47,577 nucleotides of DNA, from NCBI GenBank assembly GCA_036508635.1, contig DATCGY010000151.1, positions 1 through 47,577 of the forward strand. Reading direction: 5' to 3'. Of this stretch, positions 26,058-34,761 are shown piece by piece. Position 1 is the stretch's first letter. Every line of letters begins with the position of its first letter. The position numbers and the translations under genes are program-made. Source of the DNA: Candidatus Anoxymicrobiaceae bacterium. Lineage in GTDB: Bacteria; Actinomycetota; Geothermincolia; Fen-727; Anoxymicrobiaceae. The notes under the pieces are model-generated. The model ran no database searches, had not been told where the DNA came from, and saw only the letters and a program-made list of their open reading frames with translations.

Positions 26058-27395
26058 ATGGGCGATACCCGCGACATAGAGTATGTCCTCGAAGCGGTGC
26101 GAGAGCATGACGTAAAGTTCATAAGGCTCTGGTTCACCGACATCCTCGGTTTTCTCAAGAGCTTCGCGATCACACGTGAAGAGCTCGAGGAAGCTCTCGA
26201 AGACGGCATGGGTTTCGACGGATCTTCGATCCAGGGCTTCGCCAGGATCGACGAGAGCGACATGATCGCCCAACCGGACCCTTCCACCTTCACTATCCTC
26301 CCGTGGCGTCCCAGCGGGCACAGTGCGGTCGCGCGCATGTTCTGCGACGTACTTGAGCCCGATCGGTCGCCGCACGCCGGTGACCCCCGGTACGTCCTGA
26401 AGAGAAACGTCGAGAAGGCAAAGAAGCTGGGCTACACGTACTACGTCGGCCCGGAGCTCGAGTACTATTACTTCGCGAGCTCTGAAGGCCCACCCGAAGT
26501 GCTCGACAGGGGAGGGTACTTTGACCTCACCCCGCTCGATCTCGCCAGTGACCTCAGGCGCGATACGGTGCTGACCCTCGAGGAGATGGGAATCGGCGTC
26601 GAATACAGCCACCACGAGGTCGGGCCGAGCCAGCACGAGATCGACCTAAGATATTCGGATGCGCTGCAGATGGCTGACAATGCCATGACATACCGCCTGG
26701 TGGTAAAGGAAGTCGCTCTGAAGCATGGAGTCCACGCCACGTTCATGCCGAAGCCGCTGTTCGGTGAGAACGGAAGCGGCATGCACACCCACATGTCACT
26801 GTTCAAGGGAGACAGCAACGCCTTCTTCGACCCGAACGACGAGTATTACCTGACAAAAGAAGCCAGGGGCTTTATCGGTGGCCTGATGAAATACGCCCAG
26901 GAGATCTGCCTGGTTACCAATCAATGGATAAACTCGTACAAGAGGCTTGTGCCGGGTTATGAGGCACCGGTATACCTGTCCTGGGCGCAGCGCAACCGCT
27001 CCGACATGATCAGGGTGCCCGTCTACAAGCCGGGTAAGGAAAAGGCTACGCGCGTCGAGTTCCGGTCGCCGGACCCCGCATGCAACCCGTATCTCGCTTT
27101 CTCAGCGATGCTGGCCGCGGGCCTCAAGGGCATAGAGGACAACATCGATCCGGGCGAGCCTGTCGAGAGGAACATCTACGAGATGAGCGAGGAAGAGCGC
27201 GGGAACCTCGGGATTGAGAGCCTTCCCGAGGACCTCTGGGAGGCCATCAAGCTAGCCGAGAAAAGTGATCTGCTCAGAGAGTGCCTGGGCGACCACGTAT
27301 TCGAGTTGCTCATAAGGGACAAGAAGATCGAGTGGGAGAAGTACAGGGCGGTAGTCACCGAGTACGAGCTCGAAAACTATTTATCGGTCCTGTAA
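26058..27395 (+). CDS. glnA: Glutamine synthetase, type I (short, GSI-alpha-like, 445 aa)
   Basis: The motifs are FTDILGFLKSF, GPELEYYYF, KPLFGENGSGMHTHMSLF and RVPVYKPGKEKATRVEFRSPDPACNPYLAF. An AGGAGG RBS is present. Confidence 0.96.
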   Translation: MGDTRDIEYVLEAVREHDVKFIRLWFTDILGFLKSFAITREELEEALEDGMGFDGSSIQGFARIDESDMIAQPDPSTFTILPWRPSGHSAVARMFCDVLEPDRSPHAGDPRYVLKRNVEKAKKLGYTYYVGPELEYYYFASSEGPPEVLDRGGYFDLTPLDLASDLRRDTVLTLEEMGIGVEYSHHEVGPSQHEIDLRYSDALQMADNAMTYRLVVKEVALKHGVHATFMPKPLFGENGSGMHTHMSLFKGDSNAFFDPNDEYYLTKEARGFIGGLMKYAQEICLVTNQWINSYKRLVPGYEAPVYLSWAQRNRSDMIRVPVYKPGKEKATRVEFRSPDPACNPYLAFSAMLAAGLKGIEDNIDPGEPVERNIYEMSEEERGNLGIESLPEDLWEAIKLAEKSDLLRECLGDHVFELLIRDKKIEWEKYRAVVTEYELENYLSVL

Positions 27396-27419
27396 CTTCT
27401 GACGAACAATTTAAAACGG

Positions 27420-27459
27420 GCGCCCTGCCTGGCTCAAAGGTGGGGCGCTTGCTTTAATT
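27420..27459 (+). terminator. Likely intrinsic terminator after glnA
   Basis: The sequence gcgccctgcct-ggctcaa-aggtggggcgc forms an 11-bp stem with two wobble pairs, followed by ttgctttaatt. Confidence 0.5.
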
Positions 27460-27499
27460 GACGGTCTACAGAGAGCCGGCGGCGTTTTGATTCGTATCA

Positions 27500-27528
27500 T
27501 TGAACGGTAATATCATGGATGCTAGAAT
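27500..27528 (+). promoter_or_regulatory. Sigma-70-type promoter for the hdrBC-like / split-gltB operon
   Basis: TTGAAC (27500-27505), a 17-nt spacer, then TAGAAT (27523-27528). Confidence 0.5.
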
Positions 27529-27573
27529 TCGCTGGACACTAAGCAAGCGCACCAGGTTAGGAAGCTTTTACCT

Positions 27574-28911
27574 GTGAACGATTACATCTTCTTCTGGGGT
27601 TGCACCATACCCGGCAGGTTTCCTTTCCTCGAGAAGTCACTCCGCCTGGTACTCGATGAGCTGGGCGTACGGTTTCGCGAGATAGAGGGATTCACGTGCT
27701 GCCCCGAGAAATTTCTGGTCGAGACCCTCTCCGAAGAGGCGTGGTACCTTACAGCGGCGAGAAACCTGGCTCTAGCCGAGAAGAACGGCGGCGATCTGCT
27801 GGTTGCCTGCAACGGATGCTACTCCACTTTTCGCTCGGTTATAACCGCATTCAGCTCTTCCGCCGCGTTGAGGCGAGAGGTTGCCGCGAAGCTCGAGGAG
27901 ATAGGGCTCGAGTACAACTTCAGATCTTCTGTGTACCATATAGTGCAGGTGCTGCACGACAAGATAGGTCCCGACGTGATCGCGCGCCGCGTGGAGCTTG
28001 GAATGGAGGGGATGAAGATAGGAGTGCACGTCGGATGCCAGGTGCTGCGCCCGTCGCCTACGGTGCGCATCGACGACCCGCTTCACCCGGTCAAGCTCGA
28101 CAGGCTGGTGGAGTGCCTCGGCGCCACCAGCATAGATTACGAGTCGAAGCTGATGTGCTGCGGCGAGGCGCTCGGTCGAGCCGGCAACGCCGATAAATCG
28201 ATGGAGAGCGCGAGGCTCAAGCTGCTGGAGCTGGAGCAGAACGAGGCGGATGCTATGGTGGTGGTCTGCCCAGCGTGCTTCCAGCAGTTCGAGACTCAAC
28301 AGATGGTCATCGGCAAGCAGATCGAGAATTTGAGCATCCCCGTGTTCTATTACACGGAACTGCTGGGGCTCGCCCTCGGGTTCACTCCCGGGGAGATGGG
28401 CCTGGACATGCACCGGGTGCCCGTTCAGCCTTTCCTGGACAGGTGGGAATACCTCCGACGCATCCGGGAGTCCGTACCGGCGGAGTTCGACCTCAAGTCT
28501 ATGACCACGTGCGTCAACTGCGGGTCGTGCTCCAACGATTGCCCGGTCGTACAGGTTGACGACGAGTTCGACCCGCACGCCGTGCTCGAGCGCATCCTGA
28601 AAGGCGATGCGGACGGCGTGGTCGCCGGAGACGAGATATGGAAGTGCCTGGAGTGCGGGACCTGCATCGAGATGTGCCCCAACAACTTCGGGATGATGAA
28701 GGTGTTCAAAGAGGCTAAGCGCATGGCTCTCGCCAGGGGCATCGCGCCGGCCGAGACGAGCCAGGGCATCGAGATGTTCAAGAGCGCCGGAGTACTCGGC
28801 AAGTCCAGGGAGCGGGCAAGGGCGAAGCTCGGCCTGGCCCCCGTGGCTGAGCCTGGCAGCGAAGAACTTGCGCGTCTCCTCGAGAGCACGTTGAAACGTA
28901 AAGACGAATAG
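27574..28911 (+). CDS. HdrB-HdrC-like fusion: two CCG (Cys-rich) domains followed by a 2x[4Fe-4S] ferredoxin domain
   Basis: CCG domain 1 is FFWGCT..FTCCPEK..ACNGC. CCG domain 2 is HVGCQ..LMCCGEALG..VCPACF. The C-terminal motifs are CVNCGSCSNDCP and CLECGTCIEMCP. Confidence 0.75.
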   Translation: MNDYIFFWGCTIPGRFPFLEKSLRLVLDELGVRFREIEGFTCCPEKFLVETLSEEAWYLTAARNLALAEKNGGDLLVACNGCYSTFRSVITAFSSSAALRREVAAKLEEIGLEYNFRSSVYHIVQVLHDKIGPDVIARRVELGMEGMKIGVHVGCQVLRPSPTVRIDDPLHPVKLDRLVECLGATSIDYESKLMCCGEALGRAGNADKSMESARLKLLELEQNEADAMVVVCPACFQQFETQQMVIGKQIENLSIPVFYYTELLGLALGFTPGEMGLDMHRVPVQPFLDRWEYLRRIRESVPAEFDLKSMTTCVNCGSCSNDCPVVQVDDEFDPHAVLERILKGDADGVVAGDEIWKCLECGTCIEMCPNNFGMMKVFKEAKRMALARGIAPAETSQGIEMFKSAGVLGKSRERARAKLGLAPVAEPGSEELARLLESTLKRKDE

Positions 28912-28963
28912 CAGTTGGTGAGGTGGGCATGCAGCCTGCCCAAGACCGGAGGGATGGTTTAAG

Positions 28964-30079
28964 TTGGCGTTCGGGGATCAGTATGCCAAATGGAGGGTAG
29001 ACACAGAGAAAGTGCCCGGCGCGTGCGGCCTGTCGGGTGTGATGAGCCGCGACGGCAAGCGCTTCGGCGGTGACGTAATCATAGAATCCATGAGGGTCCT
29101 CCACGACCGTGGCAACGGGCTCGGAGGCGGGTTCGCCGGCTACGGCATCTACCCGGACTACCGCGACCACTACGCGATGCATATCATGTTCGAGGATGCG
29201 GCAGGGAGGGCGCTCTGCGAGGAGTTGCTCGAAGCCAGTCTCGAGATCGATGTCGGGGAGGAGCTCCCCACCAGGGCACACCCGGGCATTATCGACGCGC
29301 CGGACCTGCGCCGCTACTTCGTAAAACCCAGGCGAGAGGTCGTCGCGGCCGAGGCGATCGAGCCTGACGATTTTATGGTCAAGCTGGTCATGAAGATCAA
29401 CAAGACCGTTCCGGGCACGTTCGTCTTTTCCAGCGGCAGGAACATGGGAGTGTTCAAGGCCGTCGGTTTCGCCGAGGACGTCGGTGAGTTCTTCAAGCTT
29501 CCGGAGTACGACGGGTATATCTGGACCGGGCACGGCAGGTTCCCTACGAACACGCCTGGATGGTGGGGGGGAGCGCACCCGTTCAATATCCTCGACTGGA
29601 CGGTCGTACACAACGGCGAGATATCATCGTACGGTATCAACAAGCGATACCTCGAGATGTTCGGGTATGAGTGCACGCTTCTGACCGACACCGAGGTTAT
29701 GGCTTACCTGTTCGACCTCCTCGTGCGCAAGCACAAGCTCCCGCTCGAACTGGCGTGCCGCGTCATCGCCGCGCCGTTCTGGAAAGATATCGACTACGAA
29801 GGAAAGACAGAGCGGCACGACCTGGATGAGGCACTGCGCATCACGTACGCAAGCGCGCTGGTCAACGGTCCGTTCGCGGTTGTGATCGGGTTCTCGCGCG
29901 GCATGGTGGGGCTGAACGACAGGATCAAGCTAAGGCCACTTGTCGCCGCTTACAAGGACGATCTACTGTACGTCTCCAGTGAGGAATCGGCGATACGGCA
30001 GGTTTGCCCCCGGCCTGACCGGGTCTGGGCTCCGAACGCGGGCCAGCCCGTCATAGGGGAATTGAGGGGTGATGTGTGA
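28964..30079 (+). CDS. Glutamate synthase amidotransferase subunit (the GltB class-II GATase domain as a separate polypeptide)
   Basis: The Ntn-type Cys-Gly (PGACGLSGVM) follows a short propeptide. RGNGLGGGFAGYG, GHGRFPTNTPG and HNGEISSYG are also present. The TTG start lies 10 nt after GGAGGG. Confidence 0.8.
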   Translation: MAFGDQYAKWRVDTEKVPGACGLSGVMSRDGKRFGGDVIIESMRVLHDRGNGLGGGFAGYGIYPDYRDHYAMHIMFEDAAGRALCEELLEASLEIDVGEELPTRAHPGIIDAPDLRRYFVKPRREVVAAEAIEPDDFMVKLVMKINKTVPGTFVFSSGRNMGVFKAVGFAEDVGEFFKLPEYDGYIWTGHGRFPTNTPGWWGGAHPFNILDWTVVHNGEISSYGINKRYLEMFGYECTLLTDTEVMAYLFDLLVRKHKLPLELACRVIAAPFWKDIDYEGKTERHDLDEALRITYASALVNGPFAVVIGFSRGMVGLNDRIKLRPLVAAYKDDLLYVSSEESAIRQVCPRPDRVWAPNAGQPVIGELRGDV

Positions 30080-31581
30080 TGCCCGGCAACATGGTAACCA
30101 GTGAGTTCCAGGTCATGGTTGACCAGGAGAAATGCCGGAAGTGCAAGAGATGCGTACTCAACTGCGGGTTCGGGACGCTTGAGTTCAAGGACAGGGTGAT
30201 ACCCGACTCGTCAAAGTGCGTAGCCTGCCACAGGTGTGTCGTTTTCTGCCCCGAGGAGGCTATAACCGTGACGCGCAACCCGCTGGCTTTCAGCGAGCAT
30301 GCGTCGTGGGCGGTAGACAGGCGCAAGGACGTCTGGAAGCAGGCCGAGAGCTCGGGCATGCTTCTGACAGGCATGGGCAACGACCTGCCGTGGCTCAACG
30401 TTTTCGACCACCTGCTGATCGATGCCTGCCAGGTCACCAACCCATCCATCGACCCGCTTCGCGAGCCGATGGAGCTTCGCACTTTTCTCGGCAGAAAGCC
30501 TGACCGGGTCGAGGTCGAGCCCGGCGATGGCGGATACAGGCTGAACACGACGGTCGGCAACAACATCAAGCTGGACGTCCCGATGATGTTCAGCGGTATG
30601 TCTTACGGCTCCGTGAGCCTAAACGTCCACAAGGCGCTCGCCCTTGCTGCCGAGAAGCTCGGTACGGTCATGAATACGGGCGAGGGTGGCCTTCACGAGG
30701 AGCTGTACCCGCTCGCGGACCATATCATTGTGCAGTGCGCGTCGGGTCGGTTCGGGGTCCATTCCGAGTACCTGAACAAGGGTGTCGCGGTGGAGATCAA
30801 GGTCGGCCAGGGTGCGAAGCCGGGAATCGGCGGACACCTGCCCGGCGAGAAGATCGGCCGTGAGGTCTCGAGCACGCGCATGATACCCATCGGAACAGAC
30901 GCACTGTCTCCGGCGCCACATCACGACATCTACTCGATCGAGGATCTGCGACAGTTGATCTACGCCATCAAAGAAGCTACCGGGTACAAGCCGGTGTCGG
31001 TCAAGATAGCGACCGTTCACAACGTCGCCGCTATCGCCAGCGGCATAGCACGGGCTGGAGCTGACATTATCTATCTCGACGGTTTCCGGGGAGGTACTGG
31101 TGCGAGCCCGGCCGTCATTCGCGACCATGTCGGTATCCCTCTCGAGATCGCGCTTGCCGTGGTCGACCAGCAGCTTCGCAGCGAAGGGATAAGGAACTGG
31201 GTCTCGATAATAGCCGCTGGCGGCATACGCTCCAGCGCCGACGTGGCCAAGGCGATCGCGCTGGGAGCCGATGCAGTGGGCATCGGCACCGCCGCGCTCA
31301 TTGCGATGGGCTGCCGTTTATGTCAGAAATGCTACACGGGTAACTGCTCGTGGGGGATCGCGACCCAGAAGCCCGAACTTACAGGCAGGCTCGACCCTGA
31401 TTGGGGAGCCGAGCGCCTCGTGAACCTGATAAACGCATGGGCGCTCGAGCTCAAAGAGGTCCTCGGCGCGCTCGGAGTGAACGCCATCGAATCTCTTCGG
31501 GGTAATCGCGAGCGGCTGAGAAGCCTGGGGCTCGACGAGATGACCACGGAGATACTCGACGTAAAGCCGGCCGGAAGGTGA
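30079..31581 (+). CDS. Glutamate synthase FMN/[3Fe-4S] central-domain subunit with an N-terminal 2x[4Fe-4S] ferredoxin module (archaeal type)
   Basis: The N-terminal motifs are CRKCKRCVLNC and CVACHRCVVFCP. The core motifs are KVGQGAKPGIGGHLPG, SPAPHHDIYSIEDL and the cluster cysteines CRLCQKCYTGNC. Its ATG overlaps the upstream stop codon (TGATG). Confidence 0.88.
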   Translation: MPGNMVTSEFQVMVDQEKCRKCKRCVLNCGFGTLEFKDRVIPDSSKCVACHRCVVFCPEEAITVTRNPLAFSEHASWAVDRRKDVWKQAESSGMLLTGMGNDLPWLNVFDHLLIDACQVTNPSIDPLREPMELRTFLGRKPDRVEVEPGDGGYRLNTTVGNNIKLDVPMMFSGMSYGSVSLNVHKALALAAEKLGTVMNTGEGGLHEELYPLADHIIVQCASGRFGVHSEYLNKGVAVEIKVGQGAKPGIGGHLPGEKIGREVSSTRMIPIGTDALSPAPHHDIYSIEDLRQLIYAIKEATGYKPVSVKIATVHNVAAIASGIARAGADIIYLDGFRGGTGASPAVIRDHVGIPLEIALAVVDQQLRSEGIRNWVSIIAAGGIRSSADVAKAIALGADAVGIGTAALIAMGCRLCQKCYTGNCSWGIATQKPELTGRLDPDWGAERLVNLINAWALELKEVLGALGVNAIESLRGNRERLRSLGLDEMTTEILDVKPAGR

Positions 31582-31593
31582 GAGAGAGGGAGT

Positions 31594-32370
31594 ATGGCGA
31601 AGGCTGCCACTAGAAATAAAAGCGAGCTTACCACGGTCACGATCGATGCGACCGGGATCTACTATAAGCAACTCAACGAACAGATACGCGACCTCATAGC
31701 GGAAGGCTGCACCGAGATAGTGCTGGATGGCGTAAACGGCCAGCGGTATATCGGCGATGGCCTGAGCGTGGACGGTGTCACAATAGTGATAAACGGGGTC
31801 CCGGGCAACGACCTCGGCGTGTTCATGGATGGGCCTGAAGTCATCGTCAACGACAACGCGCAGGATGGTGTCGGAAACACCATGAACGCCGGCAAGATAG
31901 TGGTGAAAGGCCACGCGGGTGACGTGATCGGCTACGGGATGAGGGGCGGAAAGATCTTCGTCCTTGACAACATCGGCTACCGCGTCGGCATCCACATGAA
32001 ATCGTTCAAGGAGCAGGTGCCCGTCATAGTCGCCGGCGGGTGTGCGGGAGATTTCTTCGGCGAGTACATGGCCGGAGGGCTGCTCGTGCTCCTCGGTCTC
32101 AACGCGGGCGAGACCCCAATGGTCGGCAGCTACGTCGGGACCGGAATGCACGGTGGGGCCATATTCCTGCGGGGCGAGGTAACCGAGCATCAGCTCGGCA
32201 AGGAGGTCAGGGTCTTTCCACTGGACGACGAGGACACCTGCATGCTTGAGAGCCTGCTCGAGGAATTCGCCGCGGACACAGGGGCGGATATTTCGGGCGT
32301 GTCGACCGGGCAGTTTGTAAAACTTCAGCCGTTTTCGCACCGCCCATACGGCAACATGTACTGTTATTGA
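31594..32370 (+). CDS. Glutamate synthase GXGXG (GltB C-terminal beta-helix) domain subunit
   Basis: GxxGxxxG beta-helix turns repeat through the protein: GQRYIGDG, GVPGNDLG, GHAGDVIGYGMRGG, and AGGCAGDFFGEYMAGG. Confidence 0.85.
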   Translation: MAKAATRNKSELTTVTIDATGIYYKQLNEQIRDLIAEGCTEIVLDGVNGQRYIGDGLSVDGVTIVINGVPGNDLGVFMDGPEVIVNDNAQDGVGNTMNAGKIVVKGHAGDVIGYGMRGGKIFVLDNIGYRVGIHMKSFKEQVPVIVAGGCAGDFFGEYMAGGLLVLLGLNAGETPMVGSYVGTGMHGGAIFLRGEVTEHQLGKEVRVFPLDDEDTCMLESLLEEFAADTGADISGVSTGQFVKLQPFSHRPYGNMYCY

Positions 32371-32474
32371 TGTGCCTTGTCTCAATTCGATGTGTAGGGC
32401 TTGAAAGAAACCGCCGGGGCTGCGAGTATTATCTCTCGGTTAATAGGCACTCGTAGCTCGAGGAGCAAGCCTGC

Positions 32475-33170
32475 ATGAACGCAAAGGTGAAACTGTCCCC
32501 TTCTGTACTCAACGCGGATTTCGCGAACCTGGGAAAGGCCATACGCGACGTCGAGCCTTACGCCGACTATATCCACCTCGACGTCATGGACGGCCATTTC
32601 GTCCCCAACATCACTTTCGGGCCGATGGTGGTCGAGACTATAAAGCGGATCACGGATGTCCCGCTCGACTGCCACCTGATGATCTATAACCCTCCGGAAT
32701 GGGTCGAGGCCTTCGCGGACGCGGGAGCCGACCGGATCTCGTTTCATGTACGGTCGTGCCGGGACGCCGAAAGCGTTATCCGTGCCATAAAGGCGTTCGG
32801 TGCTTCACCGGGACTCGCCGTGAGCCCCGAGGTACCGCTGTTCGAGCTGAAGCCGTTTCTCGGCATGATCGACTTCGTTGTGTTGATGTGCGTTTATCCC
32901 GGGTTCGGAGGGCAGAAGCTGATGCCCGAGATGCTCAACCGCGTAGGCGCGATAAAGAGGGACGCCGCCGAGATGGGAGTTTTCGTCGAGGTTGAAGTCG
33001 ACGGAGGGGTAAAGACCGACAATCTCGAGCAGGTGCTCCAGGCCGGCACCGACACCGTCGTGGTGGGCTCGTCGATATTCGCCAGCCCCGACGTTTCCGC
33101 GGCCGCGGAAGAGATAAGGAGGGTCCTCGACTCCACCAGCGCCGCTCTCAGAGGTTGTACTTCTTCTTGA
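32475..33170 (+). CDS. rpe: Ribulose-phosphate 3-epimerase
   Basis: The motifs are IHLDVMDGHFVPNITFG, HLM, VNPGFGGQK-like (VYPGFGGQK) and VDGGV. Confidence 0.95.
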   Translation: MNAKVKLSPSVLNADFANLGKAIRDVEPYADYIHLDVMDGHFVPNITFGPMVVETIKRITDVPLDCHLMIYNPPEWVEAFADAGADRISFHVRSCRDAESVIRAIKAFGASPGLAVSPEVPLFELKPFLGMIDFVVLMCVYPGFGGQKLMPEMLNRVGAIKRDAAEMGVFVEVEVDGGVKTDNLEQVLQAGTDTVVVGSSIFASPDVSAAAEEIRRVLDSTSAALRGCTSS

Positions 33171-33720
33171 GGCTCTTCGCCTGGCTCTGAAGTTCCCCCG
33201 TCGTGATGCCCTGCTTTGCCAGGGAGTCCGCGAATTCCGTGACGAACGACTGAAACGCAATGGGATCGAACGATGTGCCCGACAGTTTCTCCAGCGATTG
33301 GTTGAGGAATGTCTTCAACTGGTTGATGCCTGCGACGTTGGCGTCTATTATCCTGACCTTCAGGTCGGCGTATTTCTTGTACTCCGGGACGTCTTTCAGG
33401 CTGTCGACCTTGAGGTATTCCGCCCTGGCTGAAGACGCCTTGCGCAGCATCCTGTCCGCCTGTGATTTCAAGTCGTCCGCGGTGTCCTTGAAACCGGCAG
33501 CATCCGGTGTCTTCCCGGATGTGATGTCGTGGTAGAGGGAATTGTAGAGGTTCTCCATGTCGTTGCCCAGCGTCTTGCCCTCGCTATCCAGGACGGCCAT
33601 CGACTTGTCGCCCAGTTGTATCGACGACTTGGCCTTGCCGGAATCGCCGCCGCACCCGCAGAGGGATACACCCAGGAAGACCACTACTAGTGCCAGCGCT
33701 ATGGTGGCGGTTCTCTTCAT
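33148..33720 (-). CDS. Helical lipoprotein, paralog 1
   Basis: The signal peptide plus lipobox is LGVSLCGCGGD. It shares the core VPEYKKYADLKVRI with the neighbouring paralog. It overlaps the rpe 3' end by 23 nt (convergent). Confidence 0.65.
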   Translation of the reverse strand: MKRTATIALALVVVFLGVSLCGCGGDSGKAKSSIQLGDKSMAVLDSEGKTLGNDMENLYNSLYHDITSGKTPDAAGFKDTADDLKSQADRMLRKASSARAEYLKVDSLKDVPEYKKYADLKVRIIDANVAGINQLKTFLNQSLEKLSGTSFDPIAFQSFVTEFADSLAKQGITTGELQSQAKSLKKKYNL

Positions 33721-33832
33721 GACTTTCTCCCAGGGTGGTTCAGACTTCTGACAGAATAGCTTTGGCCGCAGGTCTCAACTACTCCTTTGGAAGAAACGAA
33801 ATAGCACCGGAATAGTGGCCACCAGGTCCGCG

Positions 33833-33872
33833 ATATAAAGAAGAAAGCCCAGCCGCGCATGCGGCGGGGCTT
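33833..33872 (-). terminator. Intrinsic terminator after lipoprotein paralog 2
   Basis: The minus strand reads AGCCCCGCCGC-atgc-GCGGCTGGGCT followed by TTCTTCTTTAT. Confidence 0.6.
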
Positions 33873-33893
33873 TGAAATAAACAGATTTCCGGT

Positions 33894-34433
33894 TTAGAGC
33901 TTCTTGTCAGACTTCAGCTGCTGTGCCTGCTGGTCAAGCCTGGAGTACTCCTGCCCAAGCTTGTTGATTGTATCGCTCGAGGCTTTTGAAGCACTTTGAA
34001 GGCCGGAGAGATCTCCAGAATTTACCATCGATAGAAATTGATTGAAATACGAGTCAATGCTCTTGACCAGTTGTTGGAACAAGTCCATCGCCTTAATCTC
34101 AAGGTCGGCGTACTTCACGTAGTCAGGTACGCGGTGGAGACTCTTGATCTTCTGGAAATCGGCCGCGGCTTGATCTGCAGTTTTGGAAAGATTGGCGGCG
34201 GTCGTCTTCGCCTTGTTGACTGCGGCAACAGCCGCAGTTGGATCAGTTATGCTGGATAGCGCGGTCATCTCATCGCCAAAAGCACTTGTGTCGGACTTGA
34301 GTTTCTCAACCTGGGCGTTGCCCTCCTTCATGTATTGCTTCGCCTGTTTGGTGTCTCCACCGCAGCCGACAAGCAACGCAGATCCCGCCAGAACAACCAG
34401 GCTCACCAGGAAAATTGTCAGCGTTTTCTTCAT
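33894..34433 (-). CDS. Helical lipoprotein, paralog 2
   Basis: The start is moved to ATG 34433 (MKKTLTIFLVSLVVLAGSALLVGCGGD), preceded by a GAGAGGAG RBS. It shares the core VPDYVKYADLEIKA with paralog 1. Confidence 0.7.
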   Translation of the reverse strand: MKKTLTIFLVSLVVLAGSALLVGCGGDTKQAKQYMKEGNAQVEKLKSDTSAFGDEMTALSSITDPTAAVAAVNKAKTTAANLSKTADQAAADFQKIKSLHRVPDYVKYADLEIKAMDLFQQLVKSIDSYFNQFLSMVNSGDLSGLQSASKASSDTINKLGQEYSRLDQQAQQLKSDKKL

Positions 34434-34590
34434 GCCAGCTCCTCTCGCGTTCACCTCTGCCCAATATGTGAAAGGCTTGCGGCGGACGCCAAGCCTGCCG
34501 AACATCACTTCCAGCCGCCTTAGATGTTAACTTTCGAGTCCTGGAGAGGCAATACAGTCCCGCTTATTTTGGGGCTCATGACATGCGTTA

Positions 34591-34618
34591 TTGACACTGC
34601 ACCTGCGTTTGTTATGAT
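34591..34618 (+). promoter_or_regulatory. Sigma-70-type promoter of the rib operon
   Basis: TTGACA (34591-34596), a 16-nt spacer, then TATGAT (34613-34618). Confidence 0.65.
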
Positions 34619-34627
34619 GGAAAAAAC

Positions 34628-34742
34628 ATAGTCTTCGGGACAGGGTGAAATCCCCGACCGGCGGTATAGCCCGCGAGCTCCTCTGGAGCAGACCCGGTGA
34701 GATTCCGGGGCCGACGGTAACAGTCCGGATGGGAGAAGATAT
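34628..34742 (+). promoter_or_regulatory. FMN riboswitch (RFN element) aptamer
   Basis: The sequence tcttcgggacagggtgaaatccccgaccggcggtatagcccgcgagc...ggtgagattccggggccgacggtaacagtccggatgggagaaga matches the RFN consensus, including P1 closure (tcttc/gaaga). Confidence 0.95.
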
Positions 34743-34761
34743 CTGACCGTTGCGGTCAGTT

